NCBI GenBank assembly: GCA_011049115.1
Contig: DSCM01000102.1
Location: 174-64,173 of the forward strand
Source: Pseudomonadota bacterium
GTDB lineage: Bacteria > Desulfobacterota > Anaeroferrophillalia > Anaeroferrophillales > Tharpellaceae
Reading direction: 5' to 3'
DNA length: 64,000 nt
The stretch's first letter is position 1; each line of letters opens with the position of its first letter. This document shows, piece after piece, positions 49,124-61,187 of this stretch. The position numbers and the translations under genes were made by a program. Under the pieces are notes generated by a model, which saw nothing but the letters and a program-made list of their open reading frames with translations, was not told the origin of the DNA and ran no database searches.

Positions 49124-52100
49124 TTATCCGTTCAAAGCCTCGCGCACCTTGATCGCCAGATTCCGATTTGAAAAAGGCTTCTGAATAAAAATCACCCCCT
49201 GATCCAGCAAGCTCCGATGGACAATAACATTGGCCGAGTATCCGGACATAAACATGGCTTTCATTGCCGGATACTGACGGCGCAGTTGCTCCGCCAAATC
49301 ACGACCGTTCATGACCGGCATGACCACATCGGTGATCAGCAGGCTGATTTCACCCGCGTGCCGCTCAGCCAGGTTCAGAGCCTGATCCGTGGTCTCGGCG
49401 GCCAGCACTCGATAATTCAGCCGTTCGAGGATCGCCTTGACGAGTTTCAGGATGGAAACTTCATCCTCGACCAGCAGCACGGTTTCGCCTTGACCCACGG
49501 GAACTGTCGTCACCTCCGGCTCCGCGCCCGGTTCGTCTTCACCCTGATGACGAGGCAGATAAATCCTGATGGTTGAGCCTTTCCCCGGTTCGCTGTAAAC
49601 ATTGATGAAACCTTTATTTTGTTTGACGATACCGTAAACCGTGGCCAGACCCAGGCCGGTGCCGTCGCCGGCTTTCTTGGTCGTGAAGAAAGGATCGAAA
49701 ATATTGTCGATGATTTCCGGAGGCATGCCGCAGCCGTCATCGCTGACGGCTAAAAGAACGAAGGCACCGGGAATAATAAATCCGGCGTGAGCGGCGCAGT
49801 AGGCCTCGTCAATGGATACGTTATCGGTCTCAATGGTGACCTTGCCGACATCGGTGATGGCATCCCGGGCGTTGACGCAGAGGTTGGCCAGAATCTGGTC
49901 GACCTGAGACGGGTCCATATAAACAGGCCACAAGCCCACTCCCGGACGCCAGAAAAGATCAAGGTTTTCACCCAAAAGCCGACGCAGCATTTTGAGCAGA
50001 CTTTCCACGGTCATATTTAAATCAAGCACTTTGGGGTTGATCTTCTGTTTGCGGGCGAAAGCCAGCAATTGCCGGGTCATCGCCGCGGAGCGGTTCGCGG
50101 CGTCAAGCACTTCCTCCAGATCGGCATACAGAGGCGTGGACGGGTCCAGCCCTTCCAGCGCCATCTCCGTATAACCGATAATCACGCTGAGCATATTATT
50201 GAAATTATGGGCCACGCCTCCGGCCAGACGGCCCACCGATTCCATTTTCTAAGCCTGGTGAAGCTGAGCTTCAAGGTTCTTGCGAACGGTAATATTTCTG
50301 ACAATGCCGACGCCATGAAGACGGTTGTCCAATTCAACCAACACGGCGTTGATATCGGCTGAAAAGAAACTGCCGTCCTTGCGCTTGAGCTGAACATCCT
50401 GCATGACCACGATCTTATCGCGGGGCGACGGTGCCAATCGTGCCCGAAAGTCCGCCAGCCGATCCACCGGGCAGAAGTCGGAAACCGAGAGTTCGTGAAG
50501 TTCCGTAACGGAGTAGCCCAGCATGCGACAGAGCGCTTCATTGCCCGCGACCAGACGGCCTGACTTGACCTTTGCCAACAGAATGCCGTCGCCGGCCGAA
50601 TCGAAGATGGTGCGCAGGGTTTGTTCCGATCTTAGACGCTCGGCCTCCACCTCGATTCCGTGCAGCGCAAAAGCGATGTCACCGGCGATTTCGGTCGGCA
50701 GCGAGGTTTCCTGAGCGTCACCCACAAATTCCGGCGGCGCCAGAACCCCCAGACAGCCGTACTGCCGGCCCTTATGCCTGAGCGCGAGGGTCATGCCGGC
50801 GCATTTTTCATATTGGCCTCCCAGGGGACAGCTTTCGCAGGAGGTCGCCGGATCATTGGTCAGTGCCCCCTCGCAGCAGACAGGATTTTCCCCCTCCGCG
50901 GCCCGGCCCAAAAAACGAGCGAAGGCATCGGGGTCAAATCCGCTCTGCGCCCCCTCAACCTTTTTCGGCAAGTGATCGTTCAGCACAATCCAGGCGCCCC
51001 TGAGCCCGCGTTCACGAACCAGATTCCGGCATACGGCCTGAATCAGGCGGTCACGATCCTTTTCCCGCACGATCAGCTGATTGACGCTGCGGACACCCTG
51101 CAGAACTTCGTTCAGAAACTGGATTCTTCCGGTTTGTTCCGCGACCATTTCCTCCAGTCCCTGTCGGTACCGGGCCAATTCGTCCTCGACCTTTTTGCGT
51201 CGGGAGATGTTGCGGATAATACCGACCGTGCCCAGAAAAGTGGGTAAACCGCCATTAACGGCGCCATACAGGCCGGAACTGTTAACCTCGCCGATGAACC
51301 CGGTTTGACCGCCACGGTGCAACTCCGCGGGCACGGGTTGATCGATTCCGCACGCAAGCAGGTGCAACTCCATGGCCAGGGTCTTGCGGGAACCCGTTCG
51401 ACGTTCATCAAAGAGCTTGGGCGCTTCCTCGTCACCGGTTTTCCGGCCCGCTAATCCGGGAAGGACAGCTTAGCGACTGACTTTCTCAACCTCGGCGGGC
51501 AGGGCAATCGTGGCAAACGGCAGCCCGATCAATTCTTCAGAGCTGTAGCCTAAAAGTTTCACGGCGTCGTTCAGAAACGTAAAACGGCCCTCGGTGTCGA
51601 TACGGTAGACGATGTCGGGGATCGTCGTCACCAGGGTCCGATATCTTTCTTCAGAGGCGGACAGTTCCATGATTCTCCGGGCCAGTTCCTTCTGGGTACG
51701 CTGCAGTTCCAGAAACACACGTACCTTAGCCAACAAGACGGCCGGTTTGTACGGTTTCACGATATATTCAACCGCGCCCAGTTCATAGCCTTTGAACAGG
51801 TCTTCTTCCTCGCCGTAAGCTGCGGTCATGAAGATAACGGGCAGATTTTTCGTTTTGGGGTCACCCCGCAAAAACTCGGCCAGCTCGTAGCCGTTCATGC
51901 CGGGTATCCGCACATCGAGAATCGCCAGGGAAAAATCGTGCGAGAGCGTCATGGTCAGGGCCTGATTCCCGCTGCCGGCCTCGATGACTTCGACATCCAC
52001 GGCGCTCAGGACCTGACGCAGGGCGACCAGGTTTTCCCGGTGGTCGTCCACAATCAGAACCTTCTGCCGTAACGGACGAAAAGGAGTTGAGGCAAGCCCA

Positions 52101-52180
52101 CAAGACTTCGCGGTCAAAATGTGCGCGCCTACCTCCGGAGCGGGAAAAACGTCTTGATTGCGGTTGTCTTTCTGAGCCAT
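49124..52180 (-). pseudogene. Hybrid sensor histidine kinase paralog A (REC-PAS-GAF-HisKA-HATPase_c-REC) interrupted by two in-frame stop codons
   Basis: ORFs 51470..52180, 50249..51373 and 49124..50245 are all in one frame. They are separated only by TAA (51470-51472, in the middle of a PAS domain) and TAG (50249-50251). The intact paralog has CAG/Gln at the second position (QAQKMEAVGRLAGG versus QA*KMESVGRLAGG). RBS GGAGAGG before ATG 52180. Confidence 0.55.
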
Positions 52181-52378
52181 ATCAAGTCCTCTCCGCCAAA
52201 ACCATCTCAGCTTTACAACTCATTCAGCCACCCTTACCGGCACTGTTTTTTGCCCTAATACGGGAAGCGAGCCCCGCAACCTTTCATCCGTTTCGTATAA
52301 TTCGTGAATGACCTTTTGCTACGCCTCCGGCATGCGATTTACCACCCGGTGCAGAAACAGCGAGACTTCATCCAGCAG

Positions 52379-55300
52379 TCACTCCTGGGAACGCACATCC
52401 TTGATCAAAACAGATTGCGCGTGTTCGCGCAATCTGTTTTCCTCGTCGCGGCTGAGATCCCGGGCGGTATGCACGATCACCGGCGGTAATTCAACCCCCT
52501 CGCGTTCAAGCTCGGTGAGCAACTCGTTGCCGTCCATGTCCGGCAGCCGCAGATCGAGAACGGGACAGTCATAGTTTTCCGCACGCAGCGCGGTCATGGC
52601 CTCGGCCCCGGTCGCGGCCTCGTCAACCGTGGTGTCAGCGCTGGCGACCAGCGCCACCGTCGCATGACGGATCTCCGGATCATCCTCGACCACCAGCACC
52701 CGCTTGGAATGTTCGGCGGCAACCTGTTCGAGCCGGCGGAAAGTCAGTTCGAGTTCTTCCGCGTTCAAAGGTTTGACGGCGTGGCTGATCGCGCCGCGGC
52801 TGCGCGATTCGGTCGTGGGTTCTTCAACGGATACCACATGAACGGGAATATGACGGGTGCGAACATCTTCCTTGAGCATCCCCAGGACCGTCCAGCCGTC
52901 CATACCGGAAAGCCCGATGTCGGGAATCACCGCCTCCGGCAGATGTTTGACCGCGAGTTCCAGACCGATTTCCCCGGTCGCCGCGGCCAGGCATTTCAGG
53001 CCTTTCTCGTGGCATTTATCCCGCAGGAGCCCGGCAAAACGTAAATCGTCCTCAATAATCAGAATAACCCGGTCAGTGGCGCTGAGAAGATCACGATCGT
53101 CGTTTATCGGGGGTGGAATCCGGGGCTCTGCAGTCTGGACATCGGCATGTTTTTTCGCCGACCGCGCTCCGTTTTCAGGGGCTGTCTGAGCTTCAACCGG
53201 AAGTTCAAGGCGAAACGTCGATCCCCGGCCCGGTTCGCTATCCAGCTGGATTTCACCGCCCAGCAGGGTTGCGATTTCGCGGGAAATCGACAGCCCCAGT
53301 CCCGTGCCGCCGTATTTTCGCGCCGTGCTGCCGTCGGTCTGCTAAAAGGCCTCGAAAATCACCTTATGCTGTTCCCGGGCGATGCCGATTCCGGTGTCGG
53401 TGATGCTGATGGCGAGCTGTCGCGGAGCGCGGATCCGACCCTGAGCGAAGGTGACCGTGACGCCGCCGGTCTCCGTGAATTTGACGGCGTTGGAGACAAG
53501 GTTGCGAATCACCTGTTCGACGCGCTTGGGGTCGCTGGTAATTTCGTCGGGCGCGTCCTCACGGATCACCACCTTCAGGCTGATCCCCTTTTCCTCGGCC
53601 AGATGCCCGAAAGATGTGCGGACGCGTTCGGCAAGCTCGCTGACCGACACCGGTCCGAAACGCAAATCTATGCGCCCGGCCTCGATTCGAGACAGATCCA
53701 GAATTTCGTTGATCAGGTTCAGAAGATCGTTACCGGCGGCGTGAATAATCTTCGCCGACTCCACCTGATCGGCGGCCAGATTGCCATCCTGGTTTCGGGC
53801 GAGACCTTGAGCGAGCAGCAGCAGGCTGTTCAGCGGCGTTCGCAGTTCATGCGACATGTTCGCCAGGAATTCGGACTTGTACTTGCTGGCCAGCGCCACT
53901 TCCTCGGCTTTTTCCTTCACGACCTTTCCGGCACGTTCGATTTCCCGGGTCCGGCGTTCAAGCAGATCATTTTTTTCCTTGAGCTCCTCATTGGTGAGCT
54001 CCAATTCCTCTTGTTGCCGCCTGAGATTTTCCTCGGATTCCTGCAAGCGCAAAGTCTGTTCTTCCAACTCCTCGTTGGCAACCCTCAACTCCTCCTGCTG
54101 AACCTGAAGTTCTTCGGTTAAGCGCTTCGACTCCTCGAGCAGTTCCTTCATGCGTTCCCGCGATTGGGCGGTCTGGACGGCGATCCCGATCGAATCGGTC
54201 ACCAGGTCAAAAAAGTCCCGGTGCAGAGCCGAGAACGGCTTAAGCGAGGCAATTTCAATAACCCCCATGAGCTCCTGCTCAAACAGGAAGGGCACAGCGA
54301 GAATATTCCGGGGGCCCAGTTGGCCGAGGGCCGATCCGATCATGACATAGTCTGCCGGCACATCGTGCAGCGACAGCGGCTTTTTCCCGGCCGCCGCCTG
54401 CCCCACCAACCCTTCACACCAACCGCAAAGACCTCCGACACCGCCTCGTGTTTACGGTAGGCATAGCGACCGGTCAGACGAAGCCGGCCGTTAACAAACA
54501 GAAAAAGCGCTCCCCAACTGGGCGTCAACGACTTCGACGACACAGGCGATAATTTCATCGGCGAGCGTCACGAGGTCCTTTTCACCCCGCAGGTGTTCGT
54601 TCAGCCGGTTCCGCCCCTCGCGCAGCCGCTCCTGTCTTTGCAGTTTAGCCGCCATGTCGTTGAAAGCCGCGCCGAGCCCGCCGATTTCATCACGAGTCAA
54701 AATTTATGTGCGCACGCCCAGATCGCCCGCGGCGACCCGCTCCGCCGCGGCGGTGATTTGCTGTAACGGAAAGGCGATCACCCGGTTCATTACCCAGGCT
54801 ATGAAAAGGGCAAATAAAATCGCCGCCAGCGCGATGATCACAAACGTGATGACCGCGTGGTTCAGCAGACGCGCGGATTCGCCCACCCTGGTGGCGATAT
54901 ATTTTCGCAGCCCCTCGTCAACCGCGATCAAAGTTGCACGCATTCGTTCAAAACGCGCTTTTTGCGCTCCCGTGCCGATCATACGCGCTTCGTCGGCTTT
55001 ACCGGCGCCAATCAGTTTAAGCTGTTGCGCGAGATCCAAACAATAGGCCTCCAGATCATGCTCCAGTTCGGCAACCAGTTTGAGTTCTCCGGCGAGCGCA
55101 TGCTTGTGCAAAAAGGTCTTGACCTGATCAACGGCAAGGTCAATCTCCTGCAATCTGTCCTCAATTTCGCGCTTTAAAGTACTCGTGGCGGCGACATTCT
55201 CGGCTACCAGCAGTCCCAGCAAGGAACCCCGAATGCGATTCAGATCGGAGCGGGTTTCCAGTAAGGCCATCAAGGCCGCATAACTCTGGTCAACCATCTA

Positions 55301-55555
55301 GCGCTCAAGCCTTTGCATCAGGGCGAGTTTATCATAGGCGGTCAGGGACAAGCCGACCAGCAGGGCGCCCATGACCCCAAAGCTCAATAACAGCTTTGAC
55401 TTTACCCCTGAGATGTCTAAACCAGTCCATGACAACGCTCCTTTATAATCGGGGCCATTTTGAATCTTAAAAAACAGCTCCCGCGCCGCGATTTCCGGCC
55501 TGACCACGGGGGAAGACGAGCTCAAGAAAACCCGGTCAACCGTTGCCGGAAACAC
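52379..55555 (-). pseudogene. Hybrid sensor histidine kinase paralog B (TM-4HB sensor-TM-HAMP-GAF-HisKA-HATPase_c-REC-REC) with three in-frame stops and two compensating frameshifts
   Basis: In-frame TAG at 55298-55300, TAA at 54704-54706 (inside the HAMP domain) and TAG at 53342-53344 (FEAF*QTDG, where the HATPase consensus has Q). The frame shifts near 54490 and near 54415 inside the GAF domain, and a TAA at 54491-54493 falls inside that shifted stretch. The receiver-domain sequence continues upstream of ORF 52379..52930 without an ATG. Confidence 0.5.
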
Positions 55556-55570
55556 ACGCGTTAAACCCCA

Positions 55571-56700
55571 TCATTTGTCGGCCAGCACCATCCTGATTTT
55601 GGCGGCCAGATCCCTGGTTGAAAAAGGCTTCTGAATGAATTGGCAACCTTTGTCGAGCACCCCCCGGTGCACGATCACGTTCGCGGTATATCCCGACATG
55701 TACAAACACTTAAGCTTTGGGTACAGGGCCTGCAAGCGTCCGGACAGTTCCCGGCCGTTCATTTCAGGCATCACCACGTCGGTAAGCAACAGGTCGATCT
55801 CGCCGTCATGCTCGGCGGCCATCCGCAAAGCGTCGGAAGGGGTCGGCGCGGTCAAAACCCTGTAGTTGAGTTGGGTGAGAATGGTTTTAACCAGCTCAAG
55901 AATGGGAAATTCATCTTCCACCACCAGCACGGTTTCAGCGGCGCCCGGATGAATCTTTTCGGGAACCGGCACAGGCTTCTCCGGAAGCTCTGCCCCCATA
56001 TACCGCGGCAGATAAATCCTGAAGCTGGTGCCTTCGCCCGGTTCACTGTAAACATTGATAAAACCCTGGTTCTGTTTGACGATTCCGTACACCGTGGACA
56101 ACCCCATGCCGGTGCCCCGGCCGGCCCCTTTGGTGGAAAAAAAAGGCTCGAAGATCTGCGCCACGATCTCGCGGTCCATGCCGCAACCGTCATCACTGAC
56201 GGCCAACAACACAAAATCGCCGGGCGCGGCCTCCGCGTGCAACGCGCAATAAGCCTCGTCGAAGCTTACCTTGGCCGTCTCAATACTGACCTTGCCCACA
56301 TCGCTGATGGCATCCCGGGCGTTGACACAGAGGTTGGCAAGAATCTGATCGAGTTGCGACGGGTCCAGCAGCACCGGCCACAAATCATTTCCCGGATGCC
56401 AGACCAGGTCAAGATCCTCTCCGATGAGTCGCCGCAAAATCTTAAGCATGTTCTGCACCCCGGCGTTCAGGTCGAGAACCTGGGGCGCAATGTTTTCTTT
56501 GCGGGCGAAGGCCAGCAACTGCCGAACGATATCCCGGGATCGTGCGGCCGCGGCCAGAATTTCCTGCAGATCCTTATGCAACGGCGTTTCAGCTGCCACT
56601 TTATTCAACGCCAGTTCCGAGTAACCGATGATGACACTGAGAATATTGTTGAAATCGTGGGCCACGCCTCCGGCCAGACGGCCGACGGCTTCCATCTTCT
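55571..56700. repeat. Paralogous duplication: the HisKA-HATPase-REC-encoding segment is shared at about 85% nucleotide identity with 49124-50245
   Basis: By-eye alignment, e.g. ctgtaaacattgataaaaccctggttctgtttgacgattccgtacaccgtgg against ctgtaaacattgatgaaacctttattttgtttgacgataccgtaaaccgtgg. Confidence 0.5.
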
Positions 56701-59071
56701 GAGCCTGGTTGAGCTGAGTCCGCAGTTTATCATGTTCCTGATCGACGGCAAGACCGTGTAAGGCGAAAGCGAGGTCGCCGCAGAGTTCTGCGAACAGAGC
56801 CCGTTCCTCGACGTCGTCTGCCACCCCAACCGGCAGAGCGGCCACGAGGACGCCATACTCTTCGCCGGCATGGCGCAAAGCCCCGGCCAGGGCCGCCGTG
56901 TCGCCGTAGGTATGAGCCAGAGGACAAACATGGCAATCAGCTTTCGTACCATGCCCGAGCACAACCTCAGGTCCGGCCAGGGCCCGGCGGCAGCATTCCG
57001 GCCAGACGCCGTTTTCAAGCTCACTCCGCAACTTGGCAAAATTGTCGCCGACCCCCGCTGCGGCCACAACCCGCAGTTCCCCCAAGCCCTCGCGCAAGGC
57101 GACCCAGGCGGAATGATAACCGCGGGTTTCGACAAGGATTTCGCCGGCCCGGCGCAACAGAATTTCCCGGTTCTTCTCATGGATGATCAATTGGTTGACC
57201 TTGCGCAAGCCTCTTAACACGGCAGTTACATGCCGCAACCGCTCCTCCATTATTTTGCGCTCGCTGATATCCTCGCCGGCGCTCAGAACCCCGGTAATGG
57301 CGCCCGTCTCGTCCCGCAAGAGAGCATTATGCCAGGCAAGGGTGCGACGTTCGCCGTTACAGGCGATCACCTCATTTTCATGGTATTCAAAGGGCTCGAC
57401 CTTGCCCGCCACGATCTGCGAGAACAAAACGGACACCTCATCCTTGTTCTCGGCGGGCAGGCAGTTGTCAAACCAGTTGCGGCCTTTGAGTTCTGCCGCT
57501 CGCCGGCCCAGCAATTCGCAACCCTTACGGTTGATGAGACTGATATCGCCCTTCTCGTCCAGGGCGACAATCACAGTCTCAACCGTGTCCAGATAACTCT
57601 GGCTGCGGGCCAGCTCGGCCCGCAGCGTGCGCTCCGCCTCGCGCTCCCGGGTCTGGTCACGGAAGACCAGAACCACGCCGCTGATCACGCCCTTTTCATT
57701 CCGAATAGGTGCGCCGCTGTCGGCGATGGGCCGCTCCACCCCATCGCGGGCAACGAGCAGGGTGTGGTTGGCCAGGCCGACGATCGTTCCCTGACGCAGA
57801 ACCTTGGCCACCGGATCTTCGACCGGATTTCGGGTTTCCTCGTTGATAATGCGAAAAATCTCGGTCAGCGGGCGGCCGCAGGCCTCGGCCTGAGACCAGC
57901 CGGTAAGGTTTTCGGCTACCGGATTGAGCAGCTCCACCAGCCCCCGACCATCGGTGGCGATGACCGCGTCGCCGATGGCTTTTAAGGTCACGCGGTGGCG
58001 TTGTTCACCGGCCCGCAGCGCCGCCTCGGAAAAATACAAGGCCCGGTAGTAAGCCTTTTTGTTGCGTTGTCCCATAACCAATCCGAGCGCGCCGATGCAG
58101 GCGGCCAGCAACATAAACAAGGCCAGAATCAGGGCCGAGCGGAAACGCCATTCGGCAAAGACTTCCGCTTCATCGATTTTGGCGATCATGATCCAGGGAG
58201 AATCCGGAATGGGAAGAATGACCGCGACCACCTTGACGCCGCGATAATCTCTGCCCCGCACAAAGCCTTGCCGGCCCAATCCGGCCATGACGGCTGGAGT
58301 CTCGGTCCGGCTCAAAGGCAGCCGTAATTTAAGAGCGGTGTCGGAACGATGCCGCAGGTCGTTGAGAAATAAAACCTCGTCGCCGTCGCGTTGCACCAGC
58401 AGGGTTTCCGCGCTGTCGCTGGGCGTCGGCCAGAAACGGACCAGGGGATAGAGAAAGCTTGAGGCGTCATTGACCATGATCAACGCGGCCAGCGGCAAAA
58501 CGCTTAATCCGTTTTTATGATAAAGCGGCATGATCAGCGCAAGATGCGGAAACGTGTCGCTCGATTCCAGGTGGAGACTGGTAAATACGGGAGCATGTGC
58601 ACTCCAGGCCTGCGCCAGGGCGGACTCGAAGTCGCACCGGCAATCAGGAGCCGCGACCAGGCTGAGCAGCACTTGTCCTCCCGGGTCCGCCAGCATGATG
58701 TCTGCGTAGCCGTGGCGTTTCGCCAGGTTACGCAGACGCAGAAGCAGATCGCGGCGTTGTTCCTGACCTTGCCCGGCCATGAAAGAGGTCACGCTTTGCA
58801 GCAGAAAGAAATAATTTTGCAGGGCGGCGGCCGCTTGCAGCTGATTCTTGCGCCAGGCGGCGATCTGCTCCGCCTTAAGTCGCGCGATCGCGCCGAGATC
58901 ATTCTCGACCTTTTTTTCAACAGCTTGTTCCTGGGCCTGGTAGAACCAGAAACCGCCGAGCAGCAGGACGCCGAACGCCGACACCAGAAGAATCTTGAGT
59001 AAACGGAAGATAACCTTGAAATCAGGTTTCATGGCGTAAACCTCGCGCCCCCCGTCGCGGATCAAAGGCAT
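55571..59071 (-). CDS. Hybrid sensor histidine kinase paralog C, intact (periplasmic sensor-TM-PAS-PAS-GAF-HisKA-HATPase_c-REC, 1166 aa)
   Basis: Continuous ORF with HisKA H-box (AGGVAHDFNN), HATPase (GTGMGLSTVY) and receiver domain (DLLLTDVVMPEMNG). Segment 55571-56700 is roughly 85% identical in DNA to 49124-50245 of paralog A. Confidence 0.85.
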   Translation of the reverse strand: MPLIRDGGREVYAMKPDFKVIFRLLKILLVSAFGVLLLGGFWFYQAQEQAVEKKVENDLGAIARLKAEQIAAWRKNQLQAAAALQNYFFLLQSVTSFMAGQGQEQRRDLLLRLRNLAKRHGYADIMLADPGGQVLLSLVAAPDCRCDFESALAQAWSAHAPVFTSLHLESSDTFPHLALIMPLYHKNGLSVLPLAALIMVNDASSFLYPLVRFWPTPSDSAETLLVQRDGDEVLFLNDLRHRSDTALKLRLPLSRTETPAVMAGLGRQGFVRGRDYRGVKVVAVILPIPDSPWIMIAKIDEAEVFAEWRFRSALILALFMLLAACIGALGLVMGQRNKKAYYRALYFSEAALRAGEQRHRVTLKAIGDAVIATDGRGLVELLNPVAENLTGWSQAEACGRPLTEIFRIINEETRNPVEDPVAKVLRQGTIVGLANHTLLVARDGVERPIADSGAPIRNEKGVISGVVLVFRDQTREREAERTLRAELARSQSYLDTVETVIVALDEKGDISLINRKGCELLGRRAAELKGRNWFDNCLPAENKDEVSVLFSQIVAGKVEPFEYHENEVIACNGERRTLAWHNALLRDETGAITGVLSAGEDISERKIMEERLRHVTAVLRGLRKVNQLIIHEKNREILLRRAGEILVETRGYHSAWVALREGLGELRVVAAAGVGDNFAKLRSELENGVWPECCRRALAGPEVVLGHGTKADCHVCPLAHTYGDTAALAGALRHAGEEYGVLVAALPVGVADDVEERALFAELCGDLAFALHGLAVDQEHDKLRTQLNQAQKMEAVGRLAGGVAHDFNNILSVIIGYSELALNKVAAETPLHKDLQEILAAAARSRDIVRQLLAFARKENIAPQVLDLNAGVQNMLKILRRLIGEDLDLVWHPGNDLWPVLLDPSQLDQILANLCVNARDAISDVGKVSIETAKVSFDEAYCALHAEAAPGDFVLLAVSDDGCGMDREIVAQIFEPFFSTKGAGRGTGMGLSTVYGIVKQNQGFINVYSEPGEGTSFRIYLPRYMGAELPEKPVPVPEKIHPGAAETVLVVEDEFPILELVKTILTQLNYRVLTAPTPSDALRMAAEHDGEIDLLLTDVVMPEMNGRELSGRLQALYPKLKCLYMSGYTANVIVHRGVLDKGCQFIQKPFSTRDLAAKIRMVLADK

Positions 59072-60089
59072 CCCGCACCCCTTCCCCGATAAAAACCAAC
59101 AAACTCAGCATGACCGCCAGAATAAAAAAAGCCGACAGCCCCAGCCAGGGGGCATGCAGGTTGGCCTTGCCCTGGGCCAGCAGTTCTCCCAGCGAAGGCG
59201 AACCCGGGGGCATGCCGAAACCCAGAAAATCAAGCGAGGTTAAAGTTGTGATCGAAGCGTTGAGAATGAACGGCGCGAAGGTTACGGTCGCGACCACGGC
59301 ATTGGGCAGAATATGACGGAACATGATGGTCAAATCTCCGGCTCCCAGGGCGCGCGCGGCCCGGACATAATCGAGATTGCGGCCACGCAGGAATTCGGCC
59401 CGGACCATGCCAACCAGGCTCATCCAGGAAAAAAGCAGCATGATCCCGAGCAGCCACCAGAAATTCGGCTGAACAAAACTGGAAAGGATAATCAGCAGAT
59501 AAAGCACCGGCAAACCCGACCAGATTTCGATCAAGCGTTGGCCGAACAAATCGATGTAGCCGCCATAATAGCCTTGCAGCGCTCCGGCCGTAATCCCGAT
59601 CACGGAGCCGACCAGAGTCAGGCAAAGACCGAAGAAGACCGAAATGCGGAAACCATACAACAGGCGAGCAAAAACATCGCGTCCCTGGTCATCGGTTCCG
59701 AGCCAGTTGGCCGCCGACGGCGGCGACGGGGCCGGTTGCATGAGATTATAATTGATCGTGTCATAATGATAGCGCACCGGCGGCCAGATAACCAGGCCGC
59801 CGCCCGCGCGAATCAACTCCGCTAGATAAGGATCACGATAATCAGCCGCGGTCGCGAACTCCCCGCCGAAATCGGTCTCGGCGTAGTCCCGCATGACCGG
59901 CGCATACAGACGGCCGCCGTACAGAATCAGCAAGGGACGGTCATTGGCGATCACTTCCGCGCCCAGGCTGAGCCCGAAAAGCAGGAGAAAAATCCAGAGT
60001 GACCAGTAGCCCCGCCGGTTGGCCCGGAAACGTTGCCAGCGGCGGCGCTGAAGCGGATGGGAAAAAAAATCAGGCGAAAACAGGCTCAT
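59022..60089 (-). CDS. yejE: Peptide ABC transporter permease (YejE/DppC-like)
   Basis: Six transmembrane helices and a binding-protein-dependent permease EAA-like loop. ATGA overlap with yejB. Confidence 0.8.
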   Translation of the reverse strand: MSLFSPDFFSHPLQRRRWQRFRANRRGYWSLWIFLLLFGLSLGAEVIANDRPLLILYGGRLYAPVMRDYAETDFGGEFATAADYRDPYLAELIRAGGGLVIWPPVRYHYDTINYNLMQPAPSPPSAANWLGTDDQGRDVFARLLYGFRISVFFGLCLTLVGSVIGITAGALQGYYGGYIDLFGQRLIEIWSGLPVLYLLIILSSFVQPNFWWLLGIMLLFSWMSLVGMVRAEFLRGRNLDYVRAARALGAGDLTIMFRHILPNAVVATVTFAPFILNASITTLTSLDFLGFGMPPGSPSLGELLAQGKANLHAPWLGLSAFFILAVMLSLLVFIGEGVRDAFDPRRGARGLRHET

Positions 60090-61186
60090 GCATCTCGTTC
60101 CGCAAAATCGATTCGAGGATCAACCACCATATAACAGAGGTCGCTGATCAGATTGGTAAGCAGACCCAGCAGCGTGAAAAGATAAAGGGTCGCGAACATC
60201 ACCGGATAGTCCCGACCGATCGTGGCCTCGAAACCCAGCAGCCCGAGCCCGTCGAGGGAAAAGATCACCTCGATCAACAGGGAGCCGGCAAAAAACATGC
60301 TGATGAAAGCGGCCGGGAAACCCGCGATGATAATCAGCATCGCGTTCCGGAAAACATGACCGTAAAGCACTTCCTTGAAACTCAAACCCTTGGCGCGAGC
60401 CGTGATGACGTATTGCTTGCCGATTTCATCCAGAAACGAATTTTTGGTAAGCATGGTCAGGGTCGCGAAACCGCCGATCACCATGGCGGTCACGGGCAGG
60501 GCGAGATGGTGAAAATAGTCGATAACCTTGCCCCCCGGACTGAGATTGGCAAAATTGTCGGAGACCAGTCCCCGCAGCGGAAACCAGCTAAGATAGCTGC
60601 CGCCGGCGAACAGCACGACCAGCAGGACCGCGAACAGAAAAACCGGAATCGCATTGCCGATGATGATTATGGTACTCGACCAGATATCGAAACGGCTGCC
60701 GTGTCGCACCGCCTTGGCGATGCCCAGGGGAATCGAAACCAGGTAAATAATCAACGTGCTCCAGACCCCGAGAGAAATCGAAACCGGCATCTTTTCAATG
60801 AGCAGTTCAACCACTCGTTTATTGCGATAAAAACTTTCTCCGAAATCAAAACAAAGATAATCCCGAAGCAACTTCAGATAACGTTTATGGAGGGGCTGGT
60901 CAAAACCGTAGAGTTTCTCGATTTCTGCGACTAGTTCGGGATCGAGCCCCTGAGCTCCGCGATAGCTCCCCCGATCGGCCGAATTCTGCCCGGCGCGGCT
61001 TTTCAGCTCGGCGTTTTCACTCCCGGCAACCCGGACCGTGGCACTCTCGCCACTTTTCTCCAGGCGGGCGACCAGCTGCTCCACCGGACCGCCGGGAGCG
61101 GCCTGAATAATAAAGAAATTAATCGTCAGGATGCCGATCAGGGTCGGGATAATCAGCAGCAGCCGGCGAATGGTATAGGCAAACAT
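60086..61186 (-). CDS. yejB: Peptide ABC transporter permease (YejB/DppB-like)
   Basis: Permease fold and the operon context. Confidence 0.8.
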   Translation of the reverse strand: MFAYTIRRLLLIIPTLIGILTINFFIIQAAPGGPVEQLVARLEKSGESATVRVAGSENAELKSRAGQNSADRGSYRGAQGLDPELVAEIEKLYGFDQPLHKRYLKLLRDYLCFDFGESFYRNKRVVELLIEKMPVSISLGVWSTLIIYLVSIPLGIAKAVRHGSRFDIWSSTIIIIGNAIPVFLFAVLLVVLFAGGSYLSWFPLRGLVSDNFANLSPGGKVIDYFHHLALPVTAMVIGGFATLTMLTKNSFLDEIGKQYVITARAKGLSFKEVLYGHVFRNAMLIIIAGFPAAFISMFFAGSLLIEVIFSLDGLGLLGFEATIGRDYPVMFATLYLFTLLGLLTNLISDLCYMVVDPRIDFAERDA

Positions 61187-61187
61187 T

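Noticed and set aside
49124-55555. Hypothesis that TAG/TAA are reassigned to Gln in this genome
   Set aside because: Many well-conserved genes in the window (hemE, ubiB, recA, alaS, the 23999..25027 CDS) end at TAA/TAG exactly where their families' C-termini end. In-frame stops are confined to the two kinase paralogs.
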